NCBI RefSeq assembly: GCF_006345805.1
Contig: NW_021833262.1
Span: 1 to 64,000 of the forward strand
Direction of reading: 5' to 3'
Length of the DNA: 64,000 bases
From: Octopus sinensis
Taxonomy: Eukaryota
Shown here: positions 10,590 to 23,805 of the stretch, in pieces
Layout: every line of letters starts with the position of its first letter
How positions within the stretch are numbered: the first letter of the stretch is position 1
Made by a program: the position numbers and the translations under genes
Notes under the pieces: model-generated
Databases searched by the model: none
Told to the model about the DNA's origin: nothing
The model's input: the letters and a program-made list of their open reading frames with translations, nothing else

Positions 10590-12300
10590 TTAAACATGGT
10601 GGTCCAGTTAAATTTGACTTGAAACCTTCCAACATAATACACCATCCTTCTCCTGGGACCAGTTTAATCAAGTTTGAACATATTTTATTTGGAAGCCATG
10701 ATCACTGCCAATGTCTTTGATTTTCCCCTAGGATTCACATAAAAGCTTCAATGAGAGTAAAGTTAAAAACAGCCTTAAGAAATCATCTTCATGGCATGAA
10801 AAATGATTTAGTTCTTAGATGTCCAGAAATCAAAACCAGCTTGATCGGATATAGCCCGCAGTATTTTTCCATCTCGGTTTTCTTTTCGACAGCAGCCAAA
10901 AGATAGGCATTCAGAATTTAGGTCTCCTGCAATCAGTGCAAATTGGTTACGTTTGAAGAAATCAGCACTTGAGTTTTTGTTTTCAGCTCATTTCTTAGAG
11001 TACATTCCCCCAATCAGAATCCACTTTTGTCCACATATTAACTCGAGAGATAATTCGCAAGTAATTTCGTTTTCTATTCTCAAGTTTTTTATCTTCAACC
11101 CATTCATAAAGAAGATGAATGTGTCCGTGCCAGCATCCGCACCATCCCTCTACGTGACACCATATGAAATATAGTCATCCAAGGTAAATATCATTTCATG
11201 TTTCAATTTTGACTTGTTTACTACTAAGATATCCGGCCGGTGGAAAGCCATGAGCCGGATTAGCTCGGAATGCGTTCACGAGAGTGATCACAAAAGAGCC
11301 TTTTACATGGATTAATAGCAGCCCTCGCGTGGGAGTACCACCACATCCCGTAAATATCGTTCTTTTTTGTTGGAGATCGCATCTCTCGATTCCAATTGAT
11401 TTAAGTGACCTGTCTATCGACATATTGAGTTTCTTTTTAAAGGGGATTTCTTTTTTGAGACGTTTGCCTTTGTTAGTTTTTTCTCCGGAGTTGAATTTGA
11501 AACTTATAATGCTTCCAGATCTATCGTCTTAGTATAGTTGTCATTATATTTTGAGTCCGCAGGCTCATTTGTTTGAGATCCAATAAATACTCTGCTTTTA
11601 AAGGCTTCCGTTGGCAGACAATTCTTCCAAACTGGAGTCGTAGTTTGCTGTTTCTTTCAGACTTAGGTCATATTTGGGGCTTTATTAGAGACCGTGTACA
11701 ATCCGGAATCTAGGAGGTGGATTGGAATCTGTAGTTTTATTATTCTTCATTGAGGGGCAGCCCCCATATGTAGCCCAGTGTTCTAATGATCCACAATTGA
11801 TGCAGAGATTCTCTCGGATTTGGAGATTCTTTCCTATCATGAAGATCGTCACAAGTAAAGCATCTTACTTCTGCTTGGAAAAACGTGCTATATGCCCGTA
11901 GGCTTGACATTTTCAACAACGAGTCTCATGCTTACAGAATCATGCGCAGTCAATTTTTCTGAAGCCAACGTTTAGTCCTAGTCGGATTGCCTCACGTCTC
12001 AAGGGGATAGTTAACTTTCCTACTGGTAAGCTTTTTCCAGACTTCATAAAACGTTCCACTTTAAACCCGGGTGAGAGTATCGTGGGAGGTACTTCTCCAG
12101 TTCTTCATTACCTACCCAGTATAAAAAATTCCTTAGGAAGATCTCCGATGGACGTAACTCAAACTGGCGTATTTGATGGCACTCAGAGCCAAAAAGTTTT
12201 AGCTCATCACCTCCATTTGGAAGTTATTAAAATCCGCATGAGATCTGAACTCGAGTATAAATGAGCCATTCAGTTTAAATTGAGCATAGTATGTTGTATT
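10590..12300 (-). mobile_element. 5' part of a decayed I/Jockey-group LINE (ORF1 zinc knuckles plus APE endonuclease)
   Basis: Three knuckle-like motifs (RC*KCQAYGH, RCFTCDDLH, CINCGSLEH), then APE motifs LIAGDLNS..GK and GSDH. Many stops. Confidence 0.8.
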
Positions 12301-13723
12301 TCTGTATTTCGCAAAGTATTTGGCTGTTTATTATCAGATTGAGGGATATAGTTTCACGGGGAGTATCAGTATCATTATTTTCAATGTTAAGATTATTTTT
12401 GAATTTTGGACATCACAAGAATGATGTGCTAAAATAAGACTTTTTCTTTCACATTACAAAATCTTTGAGAAACTCCTGATGCAAAAACATCCTTTCTTTG
12501 ACAGGAATCTTTATAAATTTGGAAATAGATCAATAATAGTAAAGTATTTAATCAGGGCCGATCAATAACTTCTTTAATGTTCCAGCCCCCATCTATAAAG
12601 TAGAAATCATTGGATTTAGCGTATTATAAACTCTTATAAGGATTAAGTAAAATTTCTGATGTTAGAATGCTATGCGTATATGCTAATAACTGTTGCCACC
12701 TAGTGTGGTTTGCTTTCCCTACTTATTTGTAGCAAGGTAATTTTGCCTAAGAAAGTTTAAATCGCGGTATCGATTTTATATTTTTTGACAAATTGCAAAT
12801 TAAAGAGCGTAGAAACCACAGGTTGTTGACAAAGTGCTTCATAATACTGACAGAGAAACAACGCAGAAGAGGCATACGTTGTCTCATTAACTTTCTCTTT
12901 TTTTCGGCTTTTCTTTTTAAATAAAATCATTCATTCAATACTGACAGAATGAGGCTTGAAACGATGATTAACGAGTTTGTTAGAGTATCCATTTGTCTAC
13001 TTTTTGGAGAACATATTGAAATGTTGACACCGAGTCACGTGCAAGATATTTTTCATAAGTAGGATTGAAAGAAAGGAAATTACTTCTTTATATATGAAAT
13101 ATTTTTTTATAAATTGAATTTATTAATTTTTTTACCTAATCTTATTGATTAAAAATTAAATAATAATAAGTTTTTTTAATTTAATGGCAATTATATTTTC
13201 CATTAATTCCATACTTGATTAAAATTTTCTCAGGAATATTTCTATCTTTGAGTGAGACCTTTAGGCGTTCCACTACTTTTTCCATATCAACTTTAACTGG
13301 TGTGAATTCGAAATCTTGGAAAACATTTTTCTAAAAATCACTGAAAATCAAGACATACTTTAGTTGGCTTGTATGTATCAGGCCATACTGACTCATTTCC
13401 GTAGTCAAACTCGTCATCTTCAAAATCACTTTCTACGTTAAGGATATTAATATTCTCTAGAAATGAATTTCAGCTAGTACTTGTGTATAAATTTGAACTT
13501 GCATTTGGCATTTAAAAATTGCTATCATAGACGTTAATTCTTATTAAAACAGAAAACAACAACGGGTTGCCAAACGACTTAATAACAGACTAATTATCAT
13601 CGATTTATTGACTGCATACTTCACATCGGAAATAAACGAGCGCAGCGTAGACTTTATATTCATTCTATTTATATTATAATTTGGCTATCACTCGTAATTC
13701 TTGTCATTTCTTGGTATTGACAC

Positions 13724-15808
13724 ATGAAAAATGACGGAATTGTTGATTTAAAAGGAAATGAAGTCCTAGCTTCTTATCCTGATGGGAGTCTCATGACCAT
13801 TCCAGTTACTTTCAGGTATCTTTATTTTGTTTATTTGTAGTATGAACGTCGCACAGCTATTTATGGACGTCTGTGAAAATATGTACTTAATTCCTTCAAA
13901 CTATGCCTATCAAGTCTATGATAGTCAATTTCCAGAATGTGAAGCCATTGCTTGTAATGGTTATGATAAAATAAATGATCTGAACATTTGTTACATAAGG
14001 CTGATACCCAGAATATTCATACAGGAGACTAACCATTCCATTAGTTCACTATTTTCAAAACATGTTAGTACTGCAGGAATAATGATCATCACTTAGACGG
14101 AAAAAATTAACATTTCGGTCATAAATAAAACGACAGGTGAAGCTATCAATATTTTTACAAACATTGACACAACAGTGGAACAGTTGGCTCTCAAGGCTTG
14201 TAAAGTATTCAAATTGAATCCTGTCGAAGACTACAAACTGATACACCCCACCCGTCCAGAGGAGATTATCTTATCATTACACTACCCCTTTATGGTGTAT
14301 GGTCTTAAATATGGAATCCTCATAGGTAAGGTCCTCCATCACTAAATTTTTTGTACTTTATCGAAACAAAGAACGCATGAATGGCGTCATAGTTTATATT
14401 GTTAACCCAAGAGTCGATTTAATATCAACAATTAGTGGCTACGATCAATGCTGTTATGTTCTTAACGATAATTTACCGCATTTGATGAGTTTGCGCATGT
14501 GTAGGCCACATAAATCCACTAATATATATTTAATATTTATTATTCGATATTTTAAATTTATTTCTTAGGGGGGAAGATTAAGAAAAAATGCTCAACCCTT
14601 AAACAGCGAATCATTAAACGTCGACCGAAAAACAAAAAAAACATCGAATTTACTGGTCAGTCAAAACAACCGAACGAAATGGAGTGTAGAGAAATGTCAG
14701 AAACTGTCCAGAATTCTCAGATGAAGGATTTGGTCGGGGAAACCGCAAATAAAGAAAAATTTTCCACATTTCTACTTGTTTTTACTAATAAAACATTTCT
14801 AGTCGAAAAAACAAAAAAGGGCACCATCACCTCCTCCAGTCAGTGTCACTTCAAAGCAGTCATCATTAAATGGAAACTATCAGAACGTTATTTCCCAACT
14901 TAGAAATGTCTCAGTATCAATATTTATTATCTATTGATAGGATAATACTGACAAAGAGAGGCTTGAAACGATGATTAACGATTTTGAACTGGTTCTCAAA
15001 ATATTTTAGATTTTTTAGATTAAAGAATCTGTCCCTACTGTGCCGTTGCCTGTGGTTTATGAAAAATATTCTTGCACCCCTAATGTTTCATAATTAATTA
15101 AATTAGTCTAATTAGACAACCAATTCTGTCCAATTAGTTGAGGATGAATCAGCTATTTCAGAATCACCGGTTATCGGTAACCTTTATTCGACCATATGTT
15201 ATAGAAAAATATGAAATAGAAGAATCTGAAATTCCTTGTTATTCCTTCGAATCAACACGGGATAATGACGATTCTGATAATACTAAAAAAGATTCAGTTA
15301 TTGGGGTGATTGATATGCTTATCAAACATCCCTCATCGGATGAAATAAAAGAATATCGGAAAAGACATGTTGAAAATAGCTTTGAATCTCGTACCAGTAC
15401 GGAGTTGGCAGATTCATTTATTCTTCCCACTCTTGAACGTAAATCTGTGAAGGATGTAGCACAGCTGTTTGACGATGGAGTAAATTATTGCAGCACACTC
15501 AAAAGTGAGATCGATACAACAAAATTTGAATCTGATATGTATTTATATATATTTATTATAGAAATAATGAAGAAATTATAGATTCAGTTGAAGAAAAAAA
15601 ATCAATTATAAATGATTCTACAGAACCAATTTTATCTGAAGCTGCAAATCCATGTTTGTTAAGCAGTACAGAGAAATCTGACGATGACCCAATATCCACG
15701 AATTCTTGTAAACAAGAAGAATATCAACGCGAAAAATCCCTCAATAGAGATTCGCTTTTGAGATTTATAATGCCCAAACCATATCAAAAACCGACTAATG
15801 GCTTGTAA
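13724..15808 (+). CDS. Multi-exon protein with two ubiquitin-like/RBD-type domains and an acidic low-complexity tail
   Basis: Spliced reading LASYPDGSLMTIPV..AQLFMDVCE and INISV..NIDTTVEQLALKACKVFKLNP. Short GT-AG introns. Stop at 15806-15808. Confidence 0.6.
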
Positions 15809-16001
15809 TGTCACTTGATAAAATAAAATTATTTATTTAAGAAAAAAATATCAGGTTTAAGTAGCAATTGAAACAAAAATATAATAATTTGCTGGTGCTA
15901 ATCGAGAACGGTAAAGTTTCAGGTTTTAAATTATAAATAGTTTAAATTAACATCATTTGATTTATTTTTACAGTATGTAGCGCAATAAGAAAAGCTGTGT
16001 A

Positions 16002-16411
16002 CTAATAAATTTGAATCGTGTACCAATACTGAGTTAGCAGATTACAGGTCGAACTTTCAATTTTAACTTCTTTCAGTCGCCCTGGTAAATAAATCCATGA
16101 AGGAATATTTGAATTATCATATTGTTTTAGTAAAACTGAAAAGCAGAAATTGCATTCTTTAACAACTTGCCGAATGATCTGTCTTCTCAATTTAAAAAAT
16201 TTTCGCCTATATAAGGCTTTCAGAGAATTATGTTGACAATGATTGGCTTCATACATCTCACGTGCAATTATTTTCATCTCTTCTAAGCTCGTGGAAGCAA
16301 TTACGAGCCTGTGTAGGTCGTTTACATTTTTAAGATATATAGTTTCCTCTCTTTAATTAGGAAAGTTTCTGCTTTCTTTGTGAGTTGATACTTCTTATGT
16401 TTTCGAAGATC
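16002..16411 (-). mobile_element. Ginger-like integrase N-terminal fragment (HHCC zinc region), interrupted by a CRE insertion
   Basis: KKAETF..LVIAS..EEMKII..HCQHN..RRQIIRQVVKECNFC aligns by eye with the integrase at 39815-40200. The frame continues beyond 16863 once the CRE is removed. Confidence 0.75.
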
Positions 16412-16423
16412 AACCTACTCATT

Positions 16424-16851
16424 GTTTTAGTAAAACTGAAAAGCAGAAATCACTGTGTTTCCCTTCAACAGGGGGAAGCCTCTCACCTGGGATGCCACGT
16501 GTGTGGACTCTTTCTCGCCTCAGAACCTGCTGATGTCCGCATCCGCTCCTGGATCCATTGTCACAACCGCGGGATGCAAAAAGATGCGGAAGTACTCCTC
16601 ACTTACGGAAAAGTTCCAATTCCTTCCATTCGCGGTTGAGACTTCCGGTTCCTTGGGCAGTAAGGCAATCAGCTTCGTTCAGGAGATCGGGTACCGCATG
16701 TCCGCTATCACAGGCGACGCCCGCGAATCGAGATGGTTTTTCGAGCGGATATCCCTTGCGATAGTACGCTCTAACTCTTTCTCGATCGCGTCGGCTTTCC
16801 GCCCATGAAGCTTTTATTAATTAACTTGTAGTTATTTACTTTGTTAAAAAA
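16424..16851 (+). mobile_element. 5'-truncated CRE-clade retrotransposon (RLE endonuclease end)
   Basis: GKPLTWDATCVD..KMRKY..FLPFAVETSG..FERISLAIVRSN, A tail, and 12-bp TSD AACCTACTCATT at 16412-16423 and 16852-16863. Confidence 0.9.
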
Positions 16852-17389
16852 AACCTACTCATTATTGAGTATAAATCTCTAAATTAAGATTTTTTTCTTA
16901 GGATGATTTTGAGCTAAACCTCAAAATTATTGAAGTAGTTTAGATTATTTATTATATTCTGAGCATAATTTGAATCACTTTGGTAAAGATCTCATTTTTT
17001 CTAAATTAAAGACTACTTTGTATGTGGCGACAAAGTCTGAGGTCGCTGCGATTTTGCGGAGGTGTGTTTATTGCTAATCAAAACGGCTCTTATTGACAAA
17101 ACAACCCATTACTTAGTATCATCGCCAAGACCGAAAGCGCAATGAAAATAACAGGATTATTTTCAAATGTGAGACAACTCTAACCTGTGTAAAGACAATT
17201 AGAATAATCTTTAATTTTGCTTCATAGAGGATCGACAGTTCGCTTGAAGGAGGTCGCATTTGTAAAATTTCTCCATTTCAATATGCTTTAAACATTTTTT
17301 TGAGGTAATGTTTACTTAGATTAAATTTATTTATTTTTCCTCTTGTCATCCACGAAATCTTCAGTTAGATATAAAAGTTGCGCAGATTG

Positions 17390-18056
17390 AAATTCGCTCG
17401 CAAGCCGACCAGATGCAGTTGGTGTCGTTGAACTGCGAATGCCAGCCTCATTCTAGAGATTAATTAAATGCTCTCCACTGGCGTCTAATGGTCTGCTCCT
17501 GGAAGATGAAACCGTCCGTATCAGCGTGTGTCTGCGACTGGGATTGGACATATGTCAACCACACTGTTGTCAATGTGTTTCGGTGGTCTCAAAAAATACA
17601 CTTCTCAATGATGTCATGAAGAGGGTTTTGGATTTCGGCGGATTCCCGTCTACACTGGAATCTGTTGGACTCCTTCGGAACAACAGGAAACTTCATATCG
17701 GGATGACTCGTCTGCGACGTGACCTATGTGGATTCTTTTTCCGAGAAGCTGTTGCCCTGGACAGCATGTTCCTCAGGATACGCTTGCGCGCTTGCGGAGG
17801 AAAGGAAGAAATAGAAATACGTACCACTTTCTTAGGCTTACGAGTTCGTCCCCCTTGCTTTTGAAACCACTGGCGTGATCGGAAGGAAACCGAGAGGTTG
17901 TTGCGTATGTCGGCGATAAAATTGCCTTGAAGACGCATGACCGGAGGGAGACGAGCTGCTCTTCCAGCGCGTCTCGGTCTCTATTCTAAATCTCTACTCT
18001 ATTCTAAAAATTTATAAAAATGTTTGGGAAGACGGCCACTATATTTTATAAAAAAA
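17390..18056 (+). mobile_element. Decayed CRE-clade retrotransposon 3' part
   Basis: LNAL..GLLLEDETVRISVCLRLGLDICQPHCCQC, then PPCFETTG and LFQRVSVSI. The 3' end is inferred from the A tract at 18050-18056. Confidence 0.75.
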
Positions 18057-18091
18057 TTTTTAGTTTAATAATGAAAATTATTATCGAAAAA

Positions 18092-18173
18092 TACCAGCAG
18101 TGGGATTCGAACCCACGAGGACAATGTCCATTTGATCTTGAGTCAAACGCCTTAACCACTCGGCCATACTGGC
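18092..18173 (-). tRNA. tRNA-Leu(CAA)
   Basis: 82-nt cloverleaf with long variable arm, TGGCCGAGTGG A box, GTTCGAATCC B box and CAA anticodon. T5 terminator immediately downstream. Confidence 0.95.
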
Positions 18174-18339
18174 TGTTAATTTTATTAATGACGCAATTTT
18201 AAAATTTAGTTTTCTGCTAATCCCACTTAGTTTGGTGTTAATCCCATTTAGTACGGGAAATGGTATAGTTTGTTACCTGCTAAAATTATATCTGTCTTGA
18301 TAAATTTCTAGTCTTATTTTTTTAAGATCTAGTTATTTT

Positions 18340-18590
18340 ATTAATAAAAGGACTAGAGAAAAAAGGTCATTGGCAGATAGCCAGAGTATTGCTTCTGACT
18401 ATGGTTATAGATATTCGTTCGGTTAAATACCGATGCTCACACGGGTCGCCAGTAACCCTTTCCATTAGTGAGCCAATCTGCTGGAGTACGTTCCAAGTAG
18501 AAGACCCCCGTATTCCTGACGTCTCAACACCCAGGGGGACTCTGCCATTCCTAATTCCAGCGTATTTTACTTTTTCTCCACTCACCCCGT
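18340..18590 (-). mobile_element. 5'-truncated CRE-clade retrotransposon end
   Basis: KVKYA..VPLGVETSG..VTGDPCEHRYLTERISITIVRSN. Confidence 0.8.
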
Positions 18591-18738
18591 TCAGACGAGT
18601 TTTATTTTGACAGACTTATTTACTAACACTGACAGTAATGAATTAAGTTTTTAATTTCTTCAGAGTATGAATTTTTTATAACTATTTTTAAATTATTTTT
18701 TTAATTAAAAATAAAAAGAATAAGCGTGCCAACATACA

Positions 18739-19470
18739 ATGGGTTGTGTGTTATTTATAGTTCTAAGGAATATCACGAGATTCATGTCATAAACGACGAA
18801 AGACAGGAGGAAGAATGCCACTCTTCCGTAAAAAGAGAAAGTTTGACATGGGTCGTCAGGCTGCAAATACTAAAGTAAAATTTATCAACACATTCAAGCT
18901 ATCTACTAAAGAAGTGGTCCGTTCAGTCCGCTGTCGAGGGGGGAATAAAAAATACAGAGCTCTACGACTGGCGACTGGAAGTTTCTCATGGCCCTCTGAA
19001 GGATTCACAAAACGTGCTCGAATAAACGACGTTGTCTACAATTGTACGTCAAACGAGCTCCTAAGGACTAAAACGATTGTAAAAGGCTGTATTCTCAGTG
19101 TGGATGCTGCCCCTTTCAGGACTCTCTACGAGAATTACTATGGGAGAGTACTTCCTCGCAAGAAAGGAGAAACTGTCGAGGTTTTTCTTAATTGGTCAGC
19201 CTTATTAAGCAATCTGATGTTCCGAAAACAGAAGACAATGCTCGAAATGCTGAATTAATGGCCAAGAGGCAAGTTCATGCTGCTTTGGCCCCTTCGTTGC
19301 TTGAGCAATTTATGAGCGGGAAGTTGCTTGGTTGAATACTTGGATTGATATGTTTAGCTATTGTAACATCAAGACCAGGACAACATGGAAGGTGTGATGG
19401 CTATATTCTTGAGGGGGCAGAACTTGATTTTTATGTCAAGAAATTAAAGGCCAAGAAGGGGCATGCTTAA
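18739..19470 (+). CDS. RPS8: 40S ribosomal protein S8 (5 exons)
   Basis: Introns 18743-18767, 18875-18898, 19181-19209 and 19331-19357 give [16 protein letters not shown]...[16 protein letters not shown]...KAKKGHA*. Confidence 0.97.
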
Positions 19471-19739
19471 AATACTTTTTGAGTTCATTGATTTGTCTTT
19501 GGTTTAATCATTTAATTATTTTTATCTTTAAAATATCCAACTCATCTCAATGCACGGAAGTTATTCCATGGTTTCAACAATTTCAGTTTGATTGTTTTAC
19601 TGAATACAGTACGGAAGAACCTAAAAATGTGTTTCCTGAAATTTATCTACTAAAAAAACTTTATTCATTAGCATTATGAAATAAAACCACAAAAGACTAG
19701 TTTTTTAATTAAATTCATAATCTTTAAATAAGGGAAAAA

Positions 19740-22700
19740 TTAATAAACAAATTCCTCTCTGTTGGAATGACAGAGAGGACAGGATTGCCTCTTTTTAATT
19801 TCTCTCCTATCGGCGCAATGTTTACACATGGTACATTGCCAATATGACTCAATGCTTATCGGTCTTCCTGTAATATAGCACACGGGTTTCATCATATCTT
19901 CGGTTCTAATTATAACACAAGTATTTTTACTACATATCAGTTGTATCAGAATTGAGAATTATCTTTCCCTTTTCGCTAATAACTCGATAAAAAATTTAAT
20001 ACCTAGAAAATATTTTAATTGCTAAATTTTTATAATTAGCTTGGTTTGGTCCAGATTTTTCAAGAAAAGTAAATTCTCGGGAACATATTTTGAAGCGATT
20101 TGTGAAACAAGCACATAAAGCTAAAATAATTTATTAGTTTTTTAACCAATAATGGAATGAATATTTTCATATCCAAGAAAATTCTCATAACTTAAAAGTC
20201 GATAGGAACACCAAAAAGCATTTTCATATTTCCCTACAAAATATATATTTGGGAATAACCTTGTCGGAAAAAATTATTCGCCAACATCAAAAAATGATAT
20301 GCCTCTGCACCAGTCCATGGATTATAATCTACTTCATTGCCTGCCATCCTACTATTTTCTTCATCCAAACTTTCAATAATTCGAGCCTTGAAATTTTTTT
20401 ATCAAAATTAATTACCGATTTTTGTTCATTGAATAAGAACCCAGCAAGAACATAAAGTTTTTTAATAGTGGTTAATGAACGACAGTTTTGTCGATATTTT
20501 TCTGTAAAATCTAGGACAAATTTGACAGCCTCTTGATAAATTCCCCCTTCTTTACATAAACTTATAGCTTCAAACAACTGTCCAGAATTTACAAGAAAGT
20601 TGACGTTCTTGGATAATAACGATTTAATATCCACTAAATTTGATTGTTTTGCTAAATTATATGCATATTTCCACAAATTTCCACTGATGCAAACAGAAAT
20701 GGCTTTATCAAAATCTTGGAGCTTTTGGTATATTTCGACCGACTGCAAATACATTCCACTTTTTTGAAATATATCTGCAATCTTCAAAAGAGAATTTTTA
20801 TCATTGGATAGTTCATTTGAATATTTTTTTAGACCTTCAAAGTCTTGAATTGAATAATAACAATCGATTATCCGAGAGTTATCTTTTGCCATTTCTAAAT
20901 AATAAATGGCCTCCTTCCATTTACGATGATCCGCATAATGATTACCAACAATGTGATTAATTTCAGGCATATTCTTATTAAATGTTTCGTCCGAGATATT
21001 TTGTAATTTAAGATAATCTCCGATCAGTTTCCATTGGTTAATTGCCAAATCCTTCCGATTTATAGAAAGATAAATATTTTCCGCCTCTTTATAATTTTTG
21101 AACAAAGTCATTACTTTTGCTAATACTATTTGTTCGTCCTGTATACCAAATATATATTTACTTTAATATTTTTTAGTTCTTTTATAAATTGGATTTTCGG
21201 ATAATTTTTGCAGACTGTATATGCTAGTTCAGCAATTTCCAAATTTAAGCCTTTTAACGATGCCTCGCCTAGTAAGTTCCTTCAAATAATATTAGCTTAT
21301 AATTTATACCACAATGAGTCATGATAATTATCCATAATATACGTTTTTGCAGTTTCATAGTTATTCGATTCAATTAAAGATTTTACGATTTTTATACTCT
21401 GTGCTCAAATTTACATACAAGTACTTTTAGTTCATAAAAATTAATAATATTATCATTTGGGTAATCTGGAAGAATGTAAAGACGTTCAAAATTAATTGTT
21501 TTGACTCGCAAGTCAACAAATTCGCTTATAAATCCAGTCGAATCGAATACTTCCTATAGATGAATTTAACAAATGTGTAACCTCGGTTTCTCCGTTTCTA
21601 AGAATGTATAACTTAGATCGATCCATAACTGCTATTAGTTCCGAGTTGTCCTGTTGGTTAAAACCAAGCATTACTTTTGCCCATCTAACATCCCAAACAT
21701 CAGTTCGTGTAGATACATTAGTTGGCAGTAATGTATTTTTATCATTAGTATCAATGATTGACAATGTTCCGACCGAGTCAATAATAGCAAGCTTCCTAAA
21801 TTTAATATTTAATCAGAATATAACTGTAAATTCATATTTAGTTTTAATAAAGAAGGTACTCCAGATATTTTTAACTTTCTCAATATTGTCAAATTTTTTA
21901 CTTCGTACGAAATAATTTCGCCATTTCTTCTTCCCTTATGCAATCAGAATAAAAATATTACAAGAAAAAGATTTTCTGACAAACAGACCGCGGATATTCC
22001 ATTTTTTGGAATTTTGTGTAGGCTATGTAAGACATCTCTTACCTCAACAATAGAGTCGCCAACAACATATAATCTTATAATATAAGATGGAATTACAACT
22101 TTTCAATTTGTTTTTCTCTGAGATTTAGTTCTTGTATTGCATCAAGTCTTTCATTTGATTTTCGATACTCCCAAATATATAGAACATTTTCCGATGCAAT
22201 CAGAAGATACGTATTATTCATTTCACAAAACAAAGGGTGGAAATTTACTGTTCTGGAATCAACTGGATTGCCAATGGAATTATAAATTGTAACAATATGC
22301 TATAATGTAAGAATTTCGTCTACCTCAAGTGTATTTTCATTTTTTGAAACGATACAACAGTTTTGCTTATAAGATGCAATAAATTCAAGATTCTTGACAA
22401 GCTTTTTTATAATCTGTAAAATAAACAGACTAATAAATCAAACAATTTTTGAGGTTAAATTCCAAAATCTGACAATATACGAAAACGAATATGGCAAAGG
22501 GTGTGCATATACAACCGAGTCATCGCATTGGCACCACTTTAATGTCAATAAAATATACATTGTATTCATTTTTAACAGCTATAAAATATATTTCTTTGTC
22601 AATTGCGGCAGCAAGAATTGAATTATCCTCATTCCAACAAAGAGAATTTAAATTTCCATCTTTTAATTTAATTGAATTTTTATGCTAATCTTTAATTTAG

Positions 22701-23805
22701 TTTATTTTACTTTTCCGTCAAGAGAATAAAAGTTGATTATATTTACTATTTTATTAGCGTTTGTATCTAAAAACGTTCCCCCAATTGCTATCACAGTTCC
22801 ACACGTGTTCCACTTTGTACATAATATTGCCATCTCTGTTTTAATAATAATTCCCTCTGTGATTTTATTATTTATGTTTTCCAAACCTTTATCCCATTCG
22901 TTCTTCAATAATCTGCATATTCCGTTATTCGTACAAATTGCTAATGTCGGACAATTTTCATATCTCAGTCCATTATCTCCGGTATACCAATCAACCGTTG
23001 ATATTTCGGAATCTAATGCATTTGGATTATCAAGTAAAAGTTCAATGTCTTCCTACATTCTATGTTTTTACAAAAATAAACCAATTTTTTTCCAAGACGA
23101 TCGAATATGACAATTTGAGAGTTTTTGAGAAAAACAAAAATTGAATTTTTATCTGGAAACCACTTTAATATTATATTATTGAGAAGAACCTGAATTGACA
23201 CAATATTTTTATAATGAGAGTTACTCCAAATGGGAACCCCTTCGCTTGTAAGTACGGTAATTTGATCTAAATTAAAAAACTATTTTTATAAACTTTCTGA
23301 AATGATACAAATTTGTTGTCCATTCATATTCCATTTTATATCTAGAACGTTTTGAAAATTATTATTGTTTATAAATTCTTCTTTTAAATAATCTATAAAT
23401 ATTATTCAATACTAAACCTCCGAAATATTTCCAAATGATTACTAGTCCTTTATTATCGGCGGATATCAATTTATGTGTCTTGCTAGACCATTCAAGGCAT
23501 ATAACATCATCTATATTAAAAATTAAAAATATTAAAACCTCTATGAATTTGATTTACATTTAGAAAAAATAATTGCCATGTGTCATTGGATTCGTTAAAC
23601 CCTAAAACAAGAATAAATCTCAATATTTTTATTTACCATGTAAATCAAATCGAACTATATTCAATAATCCCTGTTTTCCACCACAAGCTAATACTCCAGA
23701 AGAGTGATTCCATGAAGTGCATAGAAATGCTTCTTTATTAAAAGAAGCCATCTTTATTAATATTTTTAAACAAAATAATACTTTTTTAAATAGAAACGAA
23801 CGCAT
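19740..23805 (-). CDS. WDR35: WD repeat protein 35 / IFT121 (IFT-A), many micro-introns
   Basis: N-terminus MRSFLFKK..CTSWNH.SGVLACGGKQGLL, VWDVRWA, TPR region HWKEAIYY..IKKLYVLAG and C-terminal CYITGRPI..WQCTMCKH..CPLCH. Confidence 0.9.

Noticed and set aside
10590-10720. DIRS-like tyrosine recombinase reading
   Set aside because: Another frame gives the APE GSDH motif in the correct order after GDLN, so LINE endonuclease explains the region.
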